DNA of 63,978 nt, counting the filler, from Klebsormidium nitens (Eukaryota > Plantae > Klebsormidiophyceae), in the NCBI GenBank assembly GCA_000708835.1. It is 7 parts of 7 records of this genome, joined end to end, with 100 filler letters (N's around TTAATTAATTAA, not from the genome) between each part and the next. Parts side by side here need not be neighbours in the genome. Positions count along the whole stretch, not along the records: positions 58,009 to 60,048 come from DF237174.1; positions 60,149 to 63,978 come from DF238545.1; 5 more parts are not named here. One strand, written 5' to 3'. Numbering within the stretch: position 1 is the stretch's first letter; each line of letters opens with the position of its first letter. Shown one piece after another: positions 58,010 to 63,978 of the stretch. Below the pieces are notes generated by a model. The model was given only the letters and a program-made list of their open reading frames with translations. It was not told the DNA's origin and ran no database searches. Both the position numbers and the translations under genes were made by a program.

Positions 58010-59310
58010 AAGGGTTCCAGTTCCGCAGTATTGGCCTTCTAACTGTTGTGGGCTGTTTTGTTGGCTTATTTGTAAATAGAATCTCGGCGAGGTGGGGTCG
58101 CTGCGAGCAAGGGCGAGGCGCGTTTACGGAGACTTCACAGCATTGGTTTTGTGCAAGTCGACGAGAAAAGGGAGGGGGGGTGGGGTGAAGCCCACATATA
58201 GAGGAACGAGAGAACGGGACTAAACACAGAAAAATGAAGAAATAAGCAATTAGATGTGCCAGATGTAAGGTGACGTCAGTGTGACGTTAGAATGTGGAAT
58301 GTATCGGAGGTGTAAGACCGGGCAAACAGATGTGCTTTCGAGGAAGAGAGCGAATCCCGATCATCACGACCAGAACAGAAACCATGAATGAAATCAGACC
58401 TAAGAGCAAACTAATTTTGTCCGAAGGACAAGGTTTGCAGTCATCATAAGCAGAGCGTCTGAAACGTATCAGAGGTGTCCGTAATCGAATCAGAATGTCG
58501 AGCAAACAGATACATAACAATAAGCCGACAAGGGTTCCAGTTCCGCAGTTTTGGCCTTCTAACTGTTGTGGGCTGTTTTGTTGGCTTATTTGTAAATAGA
58601 ATCTCGGCGAGGTGGGGTCGCTGCGAGCAAGGACGAGGCGCGTTTACGGAGACTTCACAGCATTGGTTTTGTACAAGTCGACGAGAAAAGGGAGGGGGGG
58701 TGGGGTGAAGCCCACATATAGAGGAACGAGAGAACGGGACTAAACACAGAAAAATGAAGAAATAAGCAATTAGATGTGCCAGATGTAAGGTGACGTCAGT
58801 GTGACATTAGAATGTGGAATGTATCGGAGGTGTCAAACCGGGCAAACAGATGTGCTTTCGAGGAAGAGAGCGAATCCCGATCATCACGACCAGAACAGAA
58901 ACCATGAATGAAATCAGACCTAAGAGCAAACTATTTTTGTCCGAAGGACAAGGTTTGCAGTCATCATAAGCAGAGCCTCGTCTGAAACGTATCAGAGGTG
59001 TCGTAGAGATGTGTGGATTTGCACTCGCCCGGCAAGGGAGACAGCTACAACACGCATAACCAGTTAAACGCCGACATATTCGGAAGGTATGGCCAGAACG
59101 GACGGATCAGAGTGAGTCATTAGACCTGGGCTCGGCCCAGTAGGACGACATCAAGTCCGTAAGTAGTTCTGGCTGTTGTGGGCTGTTTTTTTGGCTTATT
59201 TGTAAAAATTCTCGGCGAGCAAGGGCGAGGCGCGTCTACGGAGACTTCACAGCATTGGTCTTCTACAATTCGACGAGAAAGGGGAGGGGGGGTGGGGCGA
59301 AGTCCACGTA
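58010..59310. repeat. 520-bp tandem repeat, about 2 near-identical units plus a diverged partial third
   Basis: AGGGTTCCAGTTCCGCAG at 58011 and 58531. Partial copy from CTGTTGTGGGCTG at about 59172. Confidence 0.9.
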
Positions 59311-60148
59311 TAGAAAGGAAAGAAACAATCTCGCAGGATGCCTTAGAACGGTCTTATAAGGAACGAGAAGCTTTCGAACTACGCACTGCGTGAATCACGA
59401 TTTCAGATAATCATATTCGGAAGGGCCGGCAAAGTATTGCAGCAAGGCTGAGAATCGGCAGATGGTGCTTGGACGAGAAGGAAGGGGCGGAAGCGAAGCT
59501 CGATTCTATAATGGGCCGACAGAAATCCGCAGGATATTTCACAATGGCTTCATTTTGTTCTACGATTTCAAGGTCGAGCATGTGGGTAGGTCTCATCAGC
59601 TGCGCGGTCGATCGAGCAGCCATATGATGAGAATAACTCACCAGCAGCGCCGCCCGCAAGTGGTTCTTTCAGCAGACGCACCGCCACGCGCATCACCAGC
59701 ACTTTGCACGGCGGAGGAAGGTCAAGCCACGGACGCCTTTGTTTCGTACAGTCTTGCAGGGAAAGAGGAAGATTTCAACGAAGTTTGGGCTCTTTGAACA
59801 AGAGACTGAGTGCCGCCATTACGAACAGGAAGCTCGTTGGGGTCGGCTTGCATGAGGTGGGCTGTTCGACGTGACCGCATTTTGTACTTCTTGATTGACG
59901 TGCATGCATGCAAGCGTACGATGCTGACAGTACGGTGTCTTCGAAGAGGCCGACATCAAAGTTCACGTGGGCATCGGGCGCACGGCTTTAGATGATCTCC
60001 GTTGCGGCGCGCGACAAGCTCGTACGGACCCGTTGCATGCGTCCAGCGNNNNNNNNNNNNNNNNNNNNNNNNNNNNNNNNNNNNNNNNNNNNTTAATTAA
60101 TTAANNNNNNNNNNNNNNNNNNNNNNNNNNNNNNNNNNNNNNNNNNNN

Positions 60149-60904
60149 GGTCCAAGGGATACCGGTTTGAGAACGACGTGCTGTATAAACGCACAGCCGC
60201 GGGCACCGACAAGGTCGTGCCGCGCCCTGAGCACCGCGTGAACCTGATTCGCCGCGTGCATCAGGATGTAGGCCACTACGGCGTCAAGAAGACGTATTCG
60301 CTCCTGGAGCCCACTTACTGGTGGACCGGGATGTACGGCCAGGTCAAGTACGAGGTCGCCGCGTGCACCGCTTGCGACCGGGCCAAGGCCACGTTCGAAG
60401 TGAAAGACCCCGAGCTCAAACCTCTGCCCATCATGGGTATGTTCTATAGATGGGGCGTTGACCTTTGCAAGATGCCCGTTCCTTCTCAGGACGGCAATCG
60501 GTACGTAGTGGTGATGATCGAGCACTTCACAAAGTGGGTCGAGCTCGTTCCCATCCCCGAGAAGACGCCTGAGCACACTGCTGCGGCGTTGAAGCGCGTG
60601 CTGACCATGTTCGGCGCGCCCGCTGAGGTCCTGACTGACCAAGGCGACGAGTTCCTGGGCGAGTTCGATGAGCTCCTGACACGCCTGATGATCGACCACC
60701 GCCGAACTTCGCGCGGCCATCCGCAGGCGGACGGTCTGGCTGAGCGCATGGTTCAGACCATCAAGAAAGCGTTGCAGAAGTATTGCTTGGTGTACAACAA
60801 GCACCACTGGGACCAGTTTCTCCCCTGGATTGCCATGGGGTACCGCATGAGTCGCCAGGCCTCCCTGGGCGGCTTCTCTCCCTACTACCTGTTGTTCGGC
60901 CGAC
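60149..60904 (+). mobile_element. Gypsy integrase core, partial copy
   Basis: VHQDVGHYGVKK, CTACDRAK, WGVDLCKM, VLTDQG, HPQADGLAER, FSPYYLLFGR. Confidence 0.92.
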
Positions 60905-60924
60905 NNNNNNNNNNNNNNNNNNNN

Positions 60925-62352
60925 CAGCCCCGGCACAACGGCCAAAGAGCGAGATCGAATTTGGCACCGGTCCAAAGGATACCGGTTCGAGAACGACGTG
61001 CTGTATAAGCGCACAGCCGCGGGCACCAACAAGGTCGTGCCGCGCTCTGAGCACCGCGTGAACCTGATTCGCCGCGTGCATCAGGATGTAGGCCACTACG
61101 GCGTCAAGCCTAACGTATTCGCTCCTGGAGCCCACGTACTGGTGGGCCGGGATGTACGGCCAGGTCATGTACGAGGTCGCCGCTTGTACAGCCTGCGACC
61201 GGGCCAAGGCCACGTTCGAAGTGAAAGACCCCGAGCTCAAACCTCTGCCCATCATGGGTATGTTCTACCGATGGGGCGTTGACCTCTGCAAGATGCCCGT
61301 TCCTTCTCAGGACGGCAATCGGTATGAAGTTGTGGTGATGATCGAACACTTCACGAAGTGGGTCGAGCTCGTTCCTATCCCCGAAAAGACGCCTGAGCAC
61401 AGCGGCTGCGGCGTTGAAGCGCGTGCTGACCATGTTTGGCGCGCCCGCTGAGGTCCTGACTGACCAAGGCGACGAGTTCCTGGGCGAGTTCGATGAGCTC
61501 CTGACACGCCTGATGATCGACCACCGCCGGACTTCGCGGGGCCACCCGCAGGCGGACGGTCTGGCTGAGCGCATGGTTCAGACCATCAAAAAAGCGCTGC
61601 AGAAATATTGTCTGGTGTACAACAAGCACCACTGGGACCAGTTCCTCCCCTGGATTGCCATGGGGTACCGCATGAGTCGCCAGGCCTTCCTGGGCGGCTT
61701 CTCTCCCTACTATCTGCTGTTCGGCCGACACCCAATTGTCGGGTCGAAAGTCCGAGACATAATCCAGAACGTCGTCAACCTCGACGACCCGGCTGTCTGG
61801 GCACGCGTCATGAGCGACCGCGCCAAGCTGTTCGAGAAAGACATTCCAGCTGCGTTCGACAATCTTCTGATCGCGCAACACCGCGATACACTGCGCTATG
61901 CGCACACGCGATTGGGTCACTTCCAGCCCAAGCTTCACCGCTTCGAGGTTGGTGACCTGGTTTACCTACGACGGCAGAAGGCCGACTCCCTGGACTCCAA
62001 CGTCGGACGGTTAATCCTGAAGGTGAAGGCAGTCCTGGACTCCGGTCCGTTGGTTTTGGAGGGTCGAGACAAGAAGACCATAAAAGAGCACGTCGAGAAC
62101 TGCGCTCCGTGCCACAACCCGAACATCGATCTGTGGCAGAATCCCAGACTGGCTCAAGGGGATTTGGATCAGGCTTGCCAGGTTTGCCACAAGGTTTCGG
62201 GCGGACTGAACATGTTGCTCTGCGACAAGTGTGACGACGGCTGGCACATGAAGTGCCTGGACCCACCGCTGTATCGCAAGCCAAAAGGGGATTGGATCTG
62301 TCCACGCTGCGATGTGCAGACGGTATTTGGGGCCACCCTGTACCCGATGTGA
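60925..62352 (+). mobile_element. Gypsy integrase-PHD C-terminal region, second copy (frameshifts in 5' half)
   Basis: About 95% repeat of 60149..60904, continuing RFEVGDLVYLRR...HVENCAPCH and the PHD CQVCHK...LLCDKCDDGWHMKCLDPPL...WICPRC. Confidence 0.92.
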
Positions 62353-62390
62353 GTCTAACCTGATTTCGGTCGGGGACGACCTCACCGGTT

Positions 62391-62410
62391 AGGGGGGGAG
62401 TGAGATAAGA
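62391..62410 (+). promoter_or_regulatory. Polypurine tract and probable 3' LTR start
   Basis: AGGGGGGGAG at 62391-62400 is immediately followed by TG at 62401, about 40 bp after the pol stop. LTR end not determined. Confidence 0.6.
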
Positions 62411-63978
62411 TTTTGCTATTACACGTAGCTTATTGCATAGCCATCATGCTTTTTCGCTTCGACTGCATTTGTTGAGCGCCGCACTCGACACGATTCAGCC
62501 TCGACTCATTACGGCACGACAGCTGTCAGGCAACCGATTGTTGGTGCTGCATAGCCTCGAGCATACGTGAGCGCCACGTCAGCGCTGTGCATATCAGGCA
62601 TGAGCGCCCAGTTAGCGCTCTGCATATTGAGCATATTTGTCACCATAAAAGTTTCTAGCGTCATGGGCCACTTGGGCCATTTGGCCAGACTTCATATAGG
62701 CATCAGCAGTGTTACTAGACTCACTAGATTTTTCCATCGTTTTAGAGCGTGATTACGATGTTAGACTTAGCGTCATGGGCCATCATCGGACGGCCCAGGT
62801 TCACGGGACCGCTACGGTGCAAATTGGTGGCGGGCTCCGGCGCGGAAATTTGTCCCGGGCGCCGTACCAATTGAAATACGCCGTGCGGGCCCTCTGCCCG
62901 ACTTCCGGGTGCGGCCAAAAGTGCCCTCGGCGGCAAATTGGCCCGACATGCGGAGCTTTTTGCCCGAGTTTAGCCAAGTTTAGCCTTGGTTCAAAATGCC
63001 CCGAATGTCATAGACCGACTAATACAGAAAGTAACGCTTCAGTCTGCTCATGGTATAATACTTACCAATTTGCTGCCGTACACTGGTCTCGGTTGTAGCA
63101 GATTTACACTAATAAGTACTCGCTGGTCCATGCAAGCTGTTGACCGGGAGGACTTGCTTATACTCCGGGCAATACATCACACTGAGCCTCAAGCTACGGT
63201 GTTAGAGTGACGGCCGGGAAGAATTCCGGTCACCCCGGTTGCTTTTGTGTCCAATGTAGGTACACCACATGTACTTCTATTGTACTCTACAAGATGCTAT
63301 TGCGGTAGAGTTCGGGTTATACCGGTACAAGCCGAGCCGGTACCCTACCTAGTACCGACGCTATACTGGTAAATACCTCCTAGGAACCTCTCCCCCTTGA
63401 AGTTTATTGCCGTGCGTGCCGCGGTGTCAGTTGTACGGACAGCCGTACGAGCGGTGTTCACCGCGGGTGTCGCTGGGTATCAACAGGCAATGTGAAAGTT
63501 CCCCTTTGCTCCTACAAAATATGGTGGACAAAAAATGGCTCCTTTTGCTCTTCCTTGTCATCAAAGTGAGCATGGAAGTCTATTAAAAAGTTAATCCCCA
63601 GCTACAACACAACTATAGCCTTAGTGTAGACACTACCCCCAACCAAGCCCCCAAGTGTCGCTTGTGTATCTTGTATTTTGAAGCTCCTACAATGCCATTT
63701 TCAAGTCCCAATTTTAGGGCCAAATTCCTACAAAATTGGATAATATGGGGGCAATGTGCAATTTTTTGGGGGCAATATCGTACGAGCACCGTTGGAGGTA
63801 CCCGCAGAACGCCGAAAATCCGGTACTCGAAATTTGGTCGTACCGTCGCCATTATGCGGGCCCCGACCACCGGAAATTTTAGGTACCGCGGAAATTGCCA
63901 CGGACCGATTTTGCACCGTAACGGGGTCCCGTGTTTCATGTCAGCGTAGATATTTCGTTTACCTTAGATATGATATTG

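Noticed and set aside
58010-59310. Possible CRISPR array
   Set aside because: Whole 520-bp units repeat, with no unique spacers.
18820-60104. Six identical TTAATTAATTAA palindromes (18820, 23526, 41542, 51496, 57953, 60093)
   Set aside because: Each is flanked by N-runs on both sides, so they are assembly linkers (stops in all frames), not biology. Adjacency across them is uncertain.
62700-63978. Short ORFs and GGTACC-rich motifs at the window end
   Set aside because: No recognisable domain or defined terminus; probably non-coding TE sequence.

Overview
Eukaryotic, repeat-rich, gapped scaffold with GC-rich exons and GT-AG introns. The source is probably a streptophyte alga such as Klebsormidium; this is inferred from plant-type LRRs, telo-boxes and a DNMT-bearing Gypsy element. 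Six artificial TTAATTAATTAA linkers split the window into seven blocks whose true adjacency is uncertain. (1) 1-18.8 kb: a spliced Plavaka (CMC-related) transposase flanked by two divergently transcribed CenH3-like histone H3 genes with very long tails and two unknown multi-exon genes. (2) 18.9-23.5 kb: a virus-like block with HIRAN, a tyrosine-recombinase C-terminus, tandem Prim-Pol genes and a possible origin-binding helicase tail. (3) 23.6-41.5 kb: a dead LINE RT interrupted by a TTAA-flanked piggyBac-like MITE, an LTR-like unit, and a degenerate Ty3/Gypsy element with pol order protease-C5 DNA methyltransferase-RT-RNaseH-integrase-PHD. (4-5) 41.6-57.9 kb: an LRR fragment, then a capsid-less NCLDV/PLV-like gene cluster (C5 MTase, iteron-like repeat, SET protein, EsV-1-7-repeat nuclease, DVNP-like nucleoprotein, coiled-coil protein, intron-containing D5 helicase, CoiA-like nuclease), then LRR/SEL1 genes. 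(6) A 520-bp tandem repeat. (7) A GC-rich Gypsy integrase-PHD end. The best candidates for an undescribed system are the transposase-associated CenH3-like histone pair and the viral SET+DVNP+MTase chromatin toolkit. All family assignments come from motif recognition by eye; no database searches were run.
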